Source of the DNA: Pseudohongiellaceae bacterium
GTDB taxonomy: Bacteria > Pseudomonadota > Gammaproteobacteria > Pseudomonadales > Pseudohongiellaceae
DNA length: 64,000 nucleotides
NCBI GenBank assembly: GCA_044338855.1
Contig: JBIIWP010000002.1
Coordinates: 3,796 to 67,795 of the forward strand
Direction: 5' to 3'
Made by a program: the position numbers and the translations under genes. The notes beneath the pieces are model-generated. The model was not told the DNA's origin. It ran no database searches and worked only from the letters and a program-made list of their open reading frames with translations. Of this stretch, positions 54,775-64,000 are shown one piece after another (within the stretch, counting starts at the first letter, position 1; every line of letters starts with the position of its first letter).

Positions 54775-56594
54775 GAGATAATGAGGAGCTCGCGCTGGCG
54801 TTCCTGCTGCTGCGTGTGCCACATCGTCGCGTAGAGCCCCTGCTCCGCCAGCAGCTGCTGGTGCGAGCCACTCTCCACGATGCGACCCTGCTCCAGCACG
54901 ATGATGCGATCGGCGTCCACTACGGTGGACAGTCGGTGTGCGATGACGAGGCTGGTATGGCCGCGTGCCACTTCGCGCAGCGCTTCCAGAATGCCGCGTT
55001 CGGTCTTGCTGTCCAGCGCCGAAGTGGCCTCATCAAACACCAGGATGGCGGGATTCTTGAGAATGGTGCGGGCAATCGCCACACGCTGCTTCTCACCGCC
55101 GGACAACTTCAGTCCGCGCTCGCCAACCAGTGTCTCGCCCCCCTGCGGCAGCTGTGCAATGAATGCGTCCAGGTGCGCGAGGCGGATTGCTTCCTGCACG
55201 TCCGTGTCACTGGCGTCTGGACGTCCGTAGCGGACGTTGTTGAAGATGCTGTCGTTGAACAGCACGGTGTCCTGCGGGACGATGCCGATGGCACGGCGCA
55301 GTGACAGCAAATCGAGCTCGCGGATGTCATGGCCGCCCACGCGGATCGCGCCGCCACTGCAGTCGTAGAAGCGGAACAGCAGCTTCACCAGCGTGGACTT
55401 GCCGGAACCGCTCGCGCCCACCACCGCTACCTTTTCGCCCGGCGCGATGCTGAAGCTGACGTCGGCCAGGATCTGGCGCTCGGGGTTGTAGGCAAAGTTC
55501 ACGTGGCTGAACTCGACGCCGGGCTTGCCCTGCGGCAAGGGCTGCGCACCGTCGTGTTGTTGCACGACGGGCTTCACCCACATCAGCCCGAACAGGTTCT
55601 CGATGTTGGCCAAAGCTCCCTTGATCTCCCGATACACGAAGCCAAGGAAGTTGAGCGGGATGAACAACTGCATCATGAAAGTATTCACCAGCACAAAGTC
55701 GCCCAGGCTCATACTGCCGTCGGCCACACCGCGTGCCGCCAGCCACAGCATCGCCGTCATCGACGCAGCCACGATGAAGGCCTGGCCGCAGTTCAGCACG
55801 AACAGACTCAGACGGCTGTTGCGCTTGGCGACTTCCCAGCTCGCCAGTTCCTTGTCGTACAAGTCGGATTCGTGCTGCTCGTTGGTAAAGTACTTCACCG
55901 TCTCGTAGTTCAGCAGGCTGTCGATCGCGCGGTTGCTGGTAGCAGAATCAGCCTGGTTCATCTCACGCACGAAGCGCGTGCGCTTCTCGGTCGCAATGAC
56001 CGAAAACACCACATACACCACCAGCGCCACCAGGATGACAGCGGCGAAAGCAACGCCATAGTTGGCGAGGAAGATACCGATTACCACCAGCAGTTCGAAC
56101 ACCGTTGGCAGGATGTTGAAGATCATGAAGCGCAGCAGGAAGCTGATGCCCGAGGTACCACGCTCGATATCACGCGAGAGTCCGCCGGTGCGGCGATTCA
56201 GATGGAAGTCGAGATCAAGGCCGTGCAGATGTTCGAAGGTCTGCAGGCTGATACGGCGGATGGTGCGTTCAGTGACGCGTCCAAACAACGCATCACGCAC
56301 CTCGTTCAGCAGCACATTGAGGAAGCGCGCCACACCGTATGCGAGGATCAGCAGCACAGGTATCAGCACCAGCCCCGGTACCTGCACGCCTGTGCCACCC
56401 ACCTGCGCATCGAGGTCGTCCACGATGTACTTCAGCAGGAACGGCAGGCTGATGGTGGCAAGCTTGCCCAGTGCCAGCGTGAGAAAGGCCAGGCTTACGC
56501 GCGCCTTGTACTCCAGCAGATAGGGCAGCAGCAGACGCAGGACATGCCATTTCATGTCCATGCCTTCGATATCGGTGTATCTTGGTTTGGGCAC
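54771..56594 (-). CDS. ABCB-type exporter, permease/ATPase fusion (Atm1/HMT1-like)
   Basis: Six-TM domain plus a canonical NBD: GASGSGKST, LSGGEKQR, ILVFDEATSALD, IAHR. The start could also be an internal Met (56561 or 56555). Confidence 0.8.
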   Translation of the reverse strand: MPKPRYTDIEGMDMKWHVLRLLLPYLLEYKARVSLAFLTLALGKLATISLPFLLKYIVDDLDAQVGGTGVQVPGLVLIPVLLILAYGVARFLNVLLNEVRDALFGRVTERTIRRISLQTFEHLHGLDLDFHLNRRTGGLSRDIERGTSGISFLLRFMIFNILPTVFELLVVIGIFLANYGVAFAAVILVALVVYVVFSVIATEKRTRFVREMNQADSATSNRAIDSLLNYETVKYFTNEQHESDLYDKELASWEVAKRNSRLSLFVLNCGQAFIVAASMTAMLWLAARGVADGSMSLGDFVLVNTFMMQLFIPLNFLGFVYREIKGALANIENLFGLMWVKPVVQQHDGAQPLPQGKPGVEFSHVNFAYNPERQILADVSFSIAPGEKVAVVGASGSGKSTLVKLLFRFYDCSGGAIRVGGHDIRELDLLSLRRAIGIVPQDTVLFNDSIFNNVRYGRPDASDTDVQEAIRLAHLDAFIAQLPQGGETLVGERGLKLSGGEKQRVAIARTILKNPAILVFDEATSALDSKTERGILEALREVARGHTSLVIAHRLSTVVDADRIIVLEQGRIVESGSHQQLLAEQGLYATMWHTQQQERQRELLIIS

Positions 56595-56609
56595 GGGGCC
56601 CTCCCGAAT

Positions 56610-58493
56610 TCAGCCCAGGTCAGCCAGGCGCTCGCGGATGGAAGCTTCGATGCCGCGCGCATCGAGACCACATTTGGCCAACAGGTCGACGGCGCGACCG
56701 TGTTCCAGAAAGATGTCGGGCAGGCCGAGATTGAGCACTGGCACCGGCAAGTCATGAGCCTGCAGCAACTCGTTGACGCCGGAACCGGCGCCACCGTTCA
56801 CGGCGTTCTCCTCGATGGTGACCAGCAGTCGATGGGAGCAGGCGACATGCGCCAGTAACGCTTCATCGAGGGGCTTCACAAACCGCATGTCCACCAGCGT
56901 GGCGTTCAGTGCCTCCGCCGCGGGCCACGCCGCCTGCAGCAGCGTGCCAAACACGAGGATGGCAACATCCTTACCCGCACGCAGCTCGCGCGCCTTGCCG
57001 ATTTCCAGCAAGTGCAACTCCGGGTCCAGCGCGCAACCTGTAGCCTTGCCACGCGGATAGCGCACCGCTGCAGGCCCCTGATAGTGGTAACCGGTAAACA
57101 GCATGTGGCGCTGCTCGTTCTCGTCGCTTGGCGCCATCACCACCATATTGGGGATGCAGCGCAGATAACTCAGGTCGAAGCTGCCGGCGTGCGTGGGACC
57201 GTCTTCGCCCACGAGGCCAGCACGGTCGATGGCAAACAACACATCGAGGTTCTGCAGCGCCACGTCGTGCACCAGTTGATCGTATGCACGCTGCAGGAAG
57301 GTAGAGTAGATCGCCACCACAGGCTTGAGACCGTCGCAGGCCATGCCCGCTGCAAACGTTACCGCATGCTGCTCCGCAATTGCCACGTCGAAAAAGCGCT
57401 CGGGAAACTTCGCTTCGAACCCGCGCATGCCGGAGCCTTCGCCCATGGCAGGCGTGACCGCCATCAGCTGCGATTCACGCGGCGCCATCTCGCACAGCCA
57501 GTCGCCGAAGACCTTCGAATACGTTGGCGTGGCGTCAGGCTGCGAGGTTTTCTCCGCAGCCGACGCGAGCTTGTTCAGTGCATGCATGCCATAGGGATCT
57601 TCCTCGGCCGGCCGGTAGCCCTTGCCCTTGCGCGTTACCACATGCAGCAGGCGCGGGCCCTTCAGATTCTTGACGTTCTGCAGGATGTCGATGAGACCGT
57701 GCAAGTCGTGGCCGTCGACGAGACCAATATAGTTGAAACCCAGCTCCTCGAAGATGGTGGCAGGCGACACCATGCCTTTCATGTATTCCTCGGCACGGTG
57801 CGCAGCCTTCCAGGCCGGCGGTAGCGCCGACAATACTTTCTTGCTGCCGGCGCGCAGGAAGTTGTAGGGCTTGCTGGCCCACATGCGTGCAAAGTAACTC
57901 GAGAGGCCGCCGACATTGCGCGAGATCGACATGTTGTTGTCGTTGAGGATCACGAGAATGTCGCCGTCCAGCTCGCCGGCGTGGTTCAGTGCCTCGAAGG
58001 CCATGCCGGCCGTCATGGCGCCGTCGCCGATCACGGCCACGACCTTGCGCTGGCTCTGCTGACTCTGCGCTGCCAGCATCATCCCGAGCGCAGCGCTGAT
58101 GGAGGTGCTGGAGTGGCCCACACCAAAGGTGTCGTACCCGCTTTCAGCACGGCTGTTGAAGGCGGCCAATCCGCCCTGCTGGCGTATCGTGAGCATCTGC
58201 TCGCGGCGACCCGTCAGGATCTTGTGAGGGTAGCTTTGGTGCCCCACGTCCCACACGAGGCGGTCATCGGGCGTATTGAACACATAATGCAGTGCGATGG
58301 TGAGTTCCACGACACCAAGGCCGGCGCCAAAGTGACCACCCGTCTTGCCCACGCTGTAGAGGAGGAATTCGCGCAGTTGGCGCGCTACTTCCACCAACTG
58401 CTCCGGGGCCAGCGCACGCAGGTCCGCAGGACAGTCGATGCTGTCCAGCAGGGGTGTGCCAGGGCGTGTCAGCGGGATCTGGTCGAACATCAC
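56610..58493 (-). CDS. dxs: 1-deoxy-D-xylulose-5-phosphate synthase
   Basis: [30 protein letters not shown], and full-length colinearity with Dxs. Confidence 0.95.
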   Translation of the reverse strand: MMFDQIPLTRPGTPLLDSIDCPADLRALAPEQLVEVARQLREFLLYSVGKTGGHFGAGLGVVELTIALHYVFNTPDDRLVWDVGHQSYPHKILTGRREQMLTIRQQGGLAAFNSRAESGYDTFGVGHSSTSISAALGMMLAAQSQQSQRKVVAVIGDGAMTAGMAFEALNHAGELDGDILVILNDNNMSISRNVGGLSSYFARMWASKPYNFLRAGSKKVLSALPPAWKAAHRAEEYMKGMVSPATIFEELGFNYIGLVDGHDLHGLIDILQNVKNLKGPRLLHVVTRKGKGYRPAEEDPYGMHALNKLASAAEKTSQPDATPTYSKVFGDWLCEMAPRESQLMAVTPAMGEGSGMRGFEAKFPERFFDVAIAEQHAVTFAAGMACDGLKPVVAIYSTFLQRAYDQLVHDVALQNLDVLFAIDRAGLVGEDGPTHAGSFDLSYLRCIPNMVVMAPSDENEQRHMLFTGYHYQGPAAVRYPRGKATGCALDPELHLLEIGKARELRAGKDVAILVFGTLLQAAWPAAEALNATLVDMRFVKPLDEALLAHVACSHRLLVTIEENAVNGGAGSGVNELLQAHDLPVPVLNLGLPDIFLEHGRAVDLLAKCGLDARGIEASIRERLADLG

Positions 58494-58539
58494 GTCAGGT
58501 TGCGAAGGTACAGGAAGAAGGGCGGCATTCTAGCGTAGT

Positions 58540-59439
58540 TCAGGACTCGCGCTCCACGATGTATCGGGTCAGGGCAGCCAGCGTGTGCGTATCGCCGTCG
58601 AGCTCATCCAGCACGGCCAGCGCCTGTTCGAGCGTGTCCTGCAAGCGCCGGCGGGCGCCATCGAGACCAAGCAGCGAGGTATACGTCGGTTTGTTGAGCC
58701 GCGCATCCTTGCCCTGCTGCTTGCCGCTGACGGCGGTCGTGGCTGTTACGTCGAGGATGTCGTCGCGGATCTGGAAGGCAAGACCAGCGAAACCGGCAAA
58801 ACGGCGCAGGATCCCGAGTTGTGCCGGCGTGGCCACGTTGCTGCTGAGCGCCCCCACCAGCACGCTGGCTGTAATCAGGGCACCGGTCTTGAGCCGGTGC
58901 ATGTGGCCAAGGCTGGCTTCGTTGAGCAACGAACCCGCGGCTGCGATGTCGATGGCCTGGCCGCCGACCATGCCCTGCTGCCCGCTGGCGCGGGCCAGCT
59001 CCGCCAGCATCTGCAGGCGGATGCGATCACCGCAGGCCAGCTCCCGCGATGTGGCGAGCAGCTCGAAAGCCAGCGCCTGCAAGGCATCGCCGGCCAGAAT
59101 CGCGGTGGCCTCGTCAAAGGCGACATGACAGGTGGGCTTGCCGCGCCGCAGCACATCGTCATCCATCGCCGGCAGATCGTCGTGGATCAGGGAATAGGCG
59201 TGGATCAGTTCGATGGCGGCGGCTGGAATATCGGCCTGTTCGGGCGCGGCGCCCAGCGCACCGGCACTGGCATAGGCCAGCAGCGGACGCAGGCGCTTGC
59301 CACCATTGAGCACGGCATAGCGCATGGCATCGGCGAGACGAACCGGCACCTGCTGGCCACGCAGAACCCGGCGCAGTACCTGCTCGCTGCGTTGTTGGTG
59401 CTGCAGCAGAAGGACCTTGAAGGAGGTGGAGGCGGACAC
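58540..59439 (-). CDS. ispA: Farnesyl diphosphate synthase
   Basis: LIHDDLPAMDDD (FARM) and FQIRDDILD (SARM). Confidence 0.92.
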   Translation of the reverse strand: MSASTSFKVLLLQHQQRSEQVLRRVLRGQQVPVRLADAMRYAVLNGGKRLRPLLAYASAGALGAAPEQADIPAAAIELIHAYSLIHDDLPAMDDDVLRRGKPTCHVAFDEATAILAGDALQALAFELLATSRELACGDRIRLQMLAELARASGQQGMVGGQAIDIAAAGSLLNEASLGHMHRLKTGALITASVLVGALSSNVATPAQLGILRRFAGFAGLAFQIRDDILDVTATTAVSGKQQGKDARLNKPTYTSLLGLDGARRRLQDTLEQALAVLDELDGDTHTLAALTRYIVERES

Positions 59440-59444
59440 GGGTC

Positions 59445-59708
59445 TTACTTCACCTGGTCAGCGTCGTCAGCATCGCTGGCGTCCGCATAGGGTTCCGATT
59501 CGGGCAGCTCACCTGCCTTTACCAGGATCTGTACTTTCTGCTCAGCCTGATCCAGCGCCTTTTGGCATTCACGCGTAAGCTTGATGCCCTGCTCGAAGGC
59601 CTTCAGCGATTCCTCGAGGCTCAGATTGCCTTCTTCCATCGCTTCCACCAGGGTTTCGAGGCTGGCCAAGGCTTCCTCGAAATCGAGGGATTTGCTCTTT
59701 TTTGTCAT
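59445..59708 (-). CDS. xseB: Exodeoxyribonuclease VII small subunit
   Basis: [40 protein letters not shown]. Confidence 0.9.
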   Translation of the reverse strand: MTKKSKSLDFEEALASLETLVEAMEEGNLSLEESLKAFEQGIKLTRECQKALDQAEQKVQILVKAGELPESEPYADASDADDADQVK

Positions 59709-59974
59709 ATTTCAGGGTCCGTGCGGTCTGGTGCAATGGTAATACCGGGCCGAGGTGAATGCACTGTTAAGGATGGATTCAGTCCTGCGGGAACATACTT
59801 CGTCCGAACCTGCAGGAAACGGATTGCCAGCAGCCAAGGTTGCAGACAGGAGTCAAACATCATGGCACAATCGCCCGGCCCGGCACGGGGTAGTTACTCC
59901 AGAATCATGCCCAAACCGCCGTGCTGTTGACCAGAGTGTTAAACAAACCGAAACGAAAGATGGGGACTACTATC

Positions 59975-60445
59975 ATGAAGAAGATTGCATTTACCGGAGC
60001 TGTACTGCTGAGCTCACTGGTATCCTTCACCGCGATCGCTGCACAGCCTTCGCCTGAAGAACAGGCTGCTGCTGCAGTCGCAAACCGTCAGGCCGTATTC
60101 AAGCTGCTGGCCGTTTCCAACGGCGCACTCGGCGGCATGGCTCGCGGCGCACCGTACGATGCTGCTGCTGCCAAACTGGGTACCGAACGCGTAATCATGC
60201 TGGCTGGCATGATTCCCGAACTGTTCTCACAGGACACCACCAGCTTCGCCAACATCACCACCCGTTCCGCCACCACCATCTGGGCCAGCAAGGCTGACTT
60301 CGATGCTCTGGCTGCCGACCTGGTGACTGGTGCTACCGAAGCCCTGGGCATCCTGGAAGCACAGGGTGAAGCCGGTGTACGCGCTGCAGTTGGCGCCATC
60401 GGTCCGAAGTGTGGCGCTTGCCACGACCGCTTCCGCGTGGATTGA
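59975..60445 (+). CDS. Cytochrome c' (class II c-type cytochrome)
   Basis: Signal peptide MKKIAFTGAVLLSSLVSFTAIAA, a four-helix-bundle-type sequence, and a C-terminal CGACHDRFR heme site. Confidence 0.8.
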   Translation: MKKIAFTGAVLLSSLVSFTAIAAQPSPEEQAAAAVANRQAVFKLLAVSNGALGGMARGAPYDAAAAKLGTERVIMLAGMIPELFSQDTTSFANITTRSATTIWASKADFDALAADLVTGATEALGILEAQGEAGVRAAVGAIGPKCGACHDRFRVD

Positions 60446-60481
60446 TCGCCAGCGCGAAACGCAAGTACGACACGTTAGAAC

Positions 60482-60512
60482 AAAAAAAGCCCCGCATTGC
60501 GGGGCTTTTTTT
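60482..60512. terminator. Bidirectional rho-independent terminator between convergent cytochrome genes
   Basis: A7-GCCCCGC-ATT-GCGGGGC-T7. Confidence 0.85.
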
Positions 60513-60523
60513 GTTCAGTGTCT

Positions 60524-60541
60524 GTAGGGGCGGACCCCTAC
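60524..60541. repeat. Minimal REP-like hairpin GTAGGGG-CGGA-CCCCTAC
   Basis: Shares the GTAGGGGCGG arm with the REPs at 32015 and 54666. Confidence 0.55.
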
Positions 60542-60548
60542 GCGCCTG

Positions 60549-61415
60549 TCATTCAATGTCGCGCATGAAGAAGGCGGTATAGGCGTCCTGGTCTTCCGGC
60601 GTGAGTTTGCTGGTGTGCTCGATCACTTCGGCCATCTCGCCACCGACGAAATCGAAGCTGGCGGTCATGCCCAGCTGCAGCAGGCCCATGAAATCTTCTT
60701 CGGTCCAGGAACCGATGCCATCGGGACCGCGGCTGATATCCGGTGCGATGCCTTCAGCACCGGCAAATTCCTGACTCAACTGCATCATGCCCAACGCATT
60801 GCGCGGGGTGTGACACTCGCCACAGTGGCCCAAAGCACGCGCCAGATAGGCGCCGCGCTGTACCAGCGGATCATCGCCCACAGCCGGGGCTTCACCTTCC
60901 AGCATATCGGCCATGATCCCCCACCCCGCCATCATCCAGCTGAACTGCCAGGCCGGCAGATCATGCGGGGCATTCTCATGCGCCACCGCCGGCAGCGACA
61001 TGACGTAAGCGGCGAGATCCAGCACGTCCTCGTCAGTCATGTCCTTGTAGGTACGGTAGGGGAATGCCGGCCAGTAGAAGCCACCGGACGGCGAACGGCC
61101 ATGCTTGAGCGCCAGCAGGAAGTCGCGACCGGTCCAGCCGCCGATGCCGGTTTCGGGATCGGGGGTGATGTTGGGCACGTGGAAAGTACCGCCGAACGGT
61201 GATTCGATTTCGTAGCCACCGACCGGGGCATCGGTGCCCTCGGGCTGGTGACAGGCCGCGCAACCGCCGGCGTTATAAATGTATTCACCGCGCGCGATCG
61301 CTGCAGGATCGGTGGATATCTCCGGGTTACCCACGGAAGGCAGGCCGAAGACCCAATACAGCAAGCCCAGCGCGACGACGGCGACGACCGCCAAGGGGAT
61401 AGTTTTCTTGTTCAT
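60549..61415 (-). CDS. Membrane-anchored diheme cytochrome c
   Basis: N-terminal TM segment and two CxxCH sites (CAACHQ, CGECHT). Confidence 0.8.
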   Translation of the reverse strand: MNKKTIPLAVVAVVALGLLYWVFGLPSVGNPEISTDPAAIARGEYIYNAGGCAACHQPEGTDAPVGGYEIESPFGGTFHVPNITPDPETGIGGWTGRDFLLALKHGRSPSGGFYWPAFPYRTYKDMTDEDVLDLAAYVMSLPAVAHENAPHDLPAWQFSWMMAGWGIMADMLEGEAPAVGDDPLVQRGAYLARALGHCGECHTPRNALGMMQLSQEFAGAEGIAPDISRGPDGIGSWTEEDFMGLLQLGMTASFDFVGGEMAEVIEHTSKLTPEDQDAYTAFFMRDIE

Positions 61416-61495
61416 CGATGGTTTCCTGATCGTTGGATAAACCTGGGTTGGAAAAATTCGGAGGCGAAATTAGCAAGCAAATATGCAAGTAAAGG

Positions 61496-62545
61496 TCATG
61501 CGACCTTTGACTTACGCGACGCACCCGAGCCGCCCGAGCCACTCGTACCGGAGGCCTGCTCCGCCTGTTGCCGCGCGCGTTGGGCCAGCTTGGCGGCCTT
61601 GCGCTTCGCAATTACCTCGGCAGCATCGCCGCCCAGATGCGCTTCGCCGCGCGCCCGGGCCAGCTCGACCTGGTGCTGACGCTCGCGGAAATGCCCGAGT
61701 TCCTCGGCGCTGTGGCGGCCGTGACAGTGCGGACAGCTTACCCCTTTTTCATACAGTGGGCTCGCCTTGTCAGCCTCGGTGACAGGCAGGCGACAGGCAT
61801 GGCATTGGTCGTAGGCGCCTTTTTGCAGCTGATGATTTACGGCCACGCGATTGTCGAACACGAAGCACTCACCCTGCCATAACGACTCATCTGCGGGCAC
61901 ATCCTCCAGATATTTGAGAATGCCGCCTTTCAAATGATAGACCTCGTCGAAGCCCTGCTCTTTGAGGTAAGCCGTGGATTTCTCGCAGCGGATGCCGCCC
62001 GTGCAGAACATCGCAACCTTCTTGTGTTTGGCCGGATCCAGATGCTGCTTTACCCAGGCCGGGAATTCGCGAAAGGATTCGGTGTGCGGATTCACGGCGC
62101 CCTTGAAGCTGCCAATGTCCACTTCATAGTCGTTGCGCGTATCCACCAGCAGCACGTCGGGCTGCGAAATCAGCGCGTTCCAGTCCCCGGCCTCGATGTG
62201 CGTGCCCACCTTGCGCAGGGGATCGATACCCTCCACGCCCATGGTCACAATCTCCTTCTTGAGCTTGACCTTGGTACGGTAGAACGGGATTGCGGTGTCG
62301 AAGGACTCTTTGGAGTCGAGCTCCGCGAGGCGCGGATCCTGACGCAACCTGGCCAGTACGGCATCGATGCCGGCGCGGGTGCCGGCGATGGTGCCATTGA
62401 TGCCTTCGGAGGCCAGCAGCAACGTGCCCTTCACCCCGTGCTGCTGCATGCATTCAAGCAAAGGCTGCTGCAGCCTCTGATAATCGTCCAGCCGGACGAA
62501 GTGGTAGAGCGCGCACACGACGATGCGCTGGTCCTGAGTGTTCAT
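61496..62545 (-). CDS. trhO: Rhodanese-domain tRNA U34 hydroxylase TrhO (YceA family)
   Basis: VCALYHFV...GINGT..., rhodanese active-site loop CTGGIRCEK, and a C-terminal CPHC zinc motif. ATG 62545 chosen. Confidence 0.85.
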   Translation of the reverse strand: MNTQDQRIVVCALYHFVRLDDYQRLQQPLLECMQQHGVKGTLLLASEGINGTIAGTRAGIDAVLARLRQDPRLAELDSKESFDTAIPFYRTKVKLKKEIVTMGVEGIDPLRKVGTHIEAGDWNALISQPDVLLVDTRNDYEVDIGSFKGAVNPHTESFREFPAWVKQHLDPAKHKKVAMFCTGGIRCEKSTAYLKEQGFDEVYHLKGGILKYLEDVPADESLWQGECFVFDNRVAVNHQLQKGAYDQCHACRLPVTEADKASPLYEKGVSCPHCHGRHSAEELGHFRERQHQVELARARGEAHLGGDAAEVIAKRKAAKLAQRARQQAEQASGTSGSGGSGASRKSKVA

Positions 62546-62607
62546 GGGTTCACCGATGCGGGCCGAAGCGTAAGTCCGGAGCAAACGTTGGTTTGAAAGT
62601 GCGCGGA

Positions 62608-63303
62608 TTATAAGGAAAGGGGCTCCAGATTCACATGCGCCGCGGCTTGATCCAGATCATCCGGGTCGGCCAGAAAGGGAATACTGCCGATGCACGGGAA
62701 CGGCAATGCCTCATGCAGCGTCTGCAGATTCTCCGCAATCAGCGCCATGTCCGGGTCGCGCTGCGTGGCGATCCAGCCGGCAATCGTCAGGCCGTCACGC
62801 ACGATGGCCTCGGCCGTAAGCAGCGCATGGTTGAGGCAGCCGAGCTTCATGCCCACCACCAGGATCACCGGCAGGTTCAGCGCGCGCGCCAGGTCCGACA
62901 TGAACTCACGGTCGCTGAGTGGCACGCGCCAGCCGCCGGCACCTTCGATCAGCGTAAGATCGGCGCGCTTCATCAGCACGCCCTGGCAAAAGCCCGAGAT
63001 GCGCTGTACCTGCAGACGCTTGCCTGCCTGTGCGGCAGCGAGGTGCGGCGATACCGCTGCCGGAAGGCACACGGGATTGACCTGCTCATAGCTCAGCACC
63101 ACCGATGCAGCACGCTGCAACCTCAGGGCATCGTCATTGCGCATTCCCTGCTCCGTCTGCCCGGCGCCAGCCGCCACGGGCTTCATGCCGATGGTACTGT
63201 GCCCCTTTTTTGCCGCCGCATGCAGCAAAGTGCAGCTGACGAAGGTCTTGCCGCAGTCTGTATCGGTGCCGGCGACGAAGAATTTACGCGGGATCGGTTT
63301 CAT
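62608..63303 (-). CDS. bioD: Dethiobiotin synthase
   Basis: [16 protein letters not shown]-loop and EGAGGW. ATG 63303 chosen. Overlaps the bioC 3' end by 20 nt. Confidence 0.88.
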   Translation of the reverse strand: MKPIPRKFFVAGTDTDCGKTFVSCTLLHAAAKKGHSTIGMKPVAAGAGQTEQGMRNDDALRLQRAASVVLSYEQVNPVCLPAAVSPHLAAAQAGKRLQVQRISGFCQGVLMKRADLTLIEGAGGWRVPLSDREFMSDLARALNLPVILVVGMKLGCLNHALLTAEAIVRDGLTIAGWIATQRDPDMALIAENLQTLHEALPFPCIGSIPFLADPDDLDQAAAHVNLEPLSL

Positions 63304-64000
63304 GTGGACGCTCGAGGACGAGATAGAAGACTTCCCAGGTGAGGGGAATGCAGCCCGCCGCCGTGGCACCGGCAGCAAACAGATCGGCCGCCCGGCGGAA
63401 CAACCGCGGCGACGTGAGGCCTTGGGCCTGCGCACGATTCATGTTGTGGGCGCCGATGTTCTTGAGGCTGCGGCTGATAGCCTGCAGGGACGCGACTTCT
63501 TCGACGATCAATTCGCGCTGCACGCGACATGTGAACCCGGCGTGCCGCGCCTGCTGCGCCAGACTTTCGGCTGCCTCAAATGTATTGACGTGTGTGTAGG
63601 CATCGACCGCAGCCCATGCGGCACGTACTTCGCGCAAGCTCGCAGGCCCGAAGGTGGACAGCAGCACTGTGGCACCCGGTCGCGTCACGCGCATCAGTTC
63701 ACCGAACAGCTGTGCGTAATCGCGGCACCACTGGATAGCCAGACTGGATACGACGAGATCCAGTGCAGCGTTGCCCAATGGCAGGGCTTCGGCATCGGCA
63801 CACAGCAGGCGCGCCTCAGGTACGCGCTGCGCGGTGGCCTGCAACATGGGCTCGGCAATATCCAGCGCCAACAGCGCTGCCTGCGGCCAGCGCTGTTGCA
63901 AGGCAAACGTACAATAGCCGGTGCCACAACCCATATCGAGCATGGCTTGCGGAGCGCCATGCCGGGGCAACAGGGAGAGCAGCTGTGTCGCTACCCGCCG
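63284..64000 (-). CDS. bioC: Malonyl-ACP O-methyltransferase BioC (5' end beyond the window)
   Basis: SAM motif LDMGCGTG. The frame stays open to position 64000 (..RRVATQLLSLLPRHGAPQAMLDMGCGTG), matching the position of this motif ~40 aa into BioC. Confidence 0.8.
   Translation of the reverse strand, partial: RRVATQLLSLLPRHGAPQAMLDMGCGTGYCTFALQQRWPQAALLALDIAEPMLQATAQRVPEARLLCADAEALPLGNAALDLVVSSLAIQWCRDYAQLFGELMRVTRPGATVLLSTFGPASLREVRAAWAAVDAYTHVNTFEAAESLAQQARHAGFTCRVQRELIVEEVASLQAISRSLKNIGAHNMNRAQAQGLTSPRLFRRAADLFAAGATAAGCIPLTWEVFYLVLERPHETDPA

Noticed and set aside
59709-59974. FNR/Dnr-type box upstream of cytochrome c' (TTGACcagaGTGTT)
   Set aside because: Only one half-site matches TTGAT-N4-ATCAA, which is not convincing.

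Overview
GC-rich proteobacterial chromosomal segment. The synteny glyA-nrdR-ribD-ribE-ribBA-ribH-nusB-thiL-pgpA and xseB-ispA-dxs points to a gammaproteobacterium; the exact taxon cannot be determined from the sequence alone. I call about 55 protein genes. I saw no rRNA, tRNA, CRISPR array, transposase or integrase. Because of the GC richness the ORF track is full of long antisense shadow ORFs. In each case I called the strand whose product shows recognisable family motifs, signal peptides or TM segments. Housekeeping blocks (riboflavin/nusB/thiL/pgpA, glyA, ettA, tex, lhr, dxs-ispA-xseB, trhO, bioDC) alternate with accessory blocks. The accessory blocks are: (1) an RND pump, an alginate-export-like barrel and dctA (1-5.2 kb); (2) modE flanked by two paralogous TonB-dependent receptors, with a perfect Mo-box-like palindrome (5.4-11 kb); (3) a vapBC / orphan DUF4159 / class II Fic islet (11-13.6 kb); (4) an MFS transporter, a deaminase, a lipoprotein and a quinohemoprotein alcohol dehydrogenase (13.8-18.4 kb); (5) a TolC-HlyD-ABC operon whose ABC protein has lost every ATPase motif, directly preceded on the same strand by a GNAT / PIG-L deacetylase / Na-solute symporter operon (18.5-26 kb); (6) a LigM-type O-demethylase plus an aldehyde dehydrogenase (28.9-31.9 kb); (7) a BaeSR-like two-component system, MltB and a DsbA-like protein (48.4-52.6 kb); (8) an operon of three small secreted proteins of unknown function (52.9-54.6 kb); (9) cytochrome c' and a diheme cytochrome c (60-61.4 kb). 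A GTAGGGGCGGGC-type REP family occurs at three sites. The most novel-looking candidates are the ATPase-dead tripartite exporter with its upstream acyl-editing/uptake operon, the ModE-linked TonB receptor pair, and the secreted DUF6152-containing trio. All family assignments are by eye and from memory; no database search was possible.
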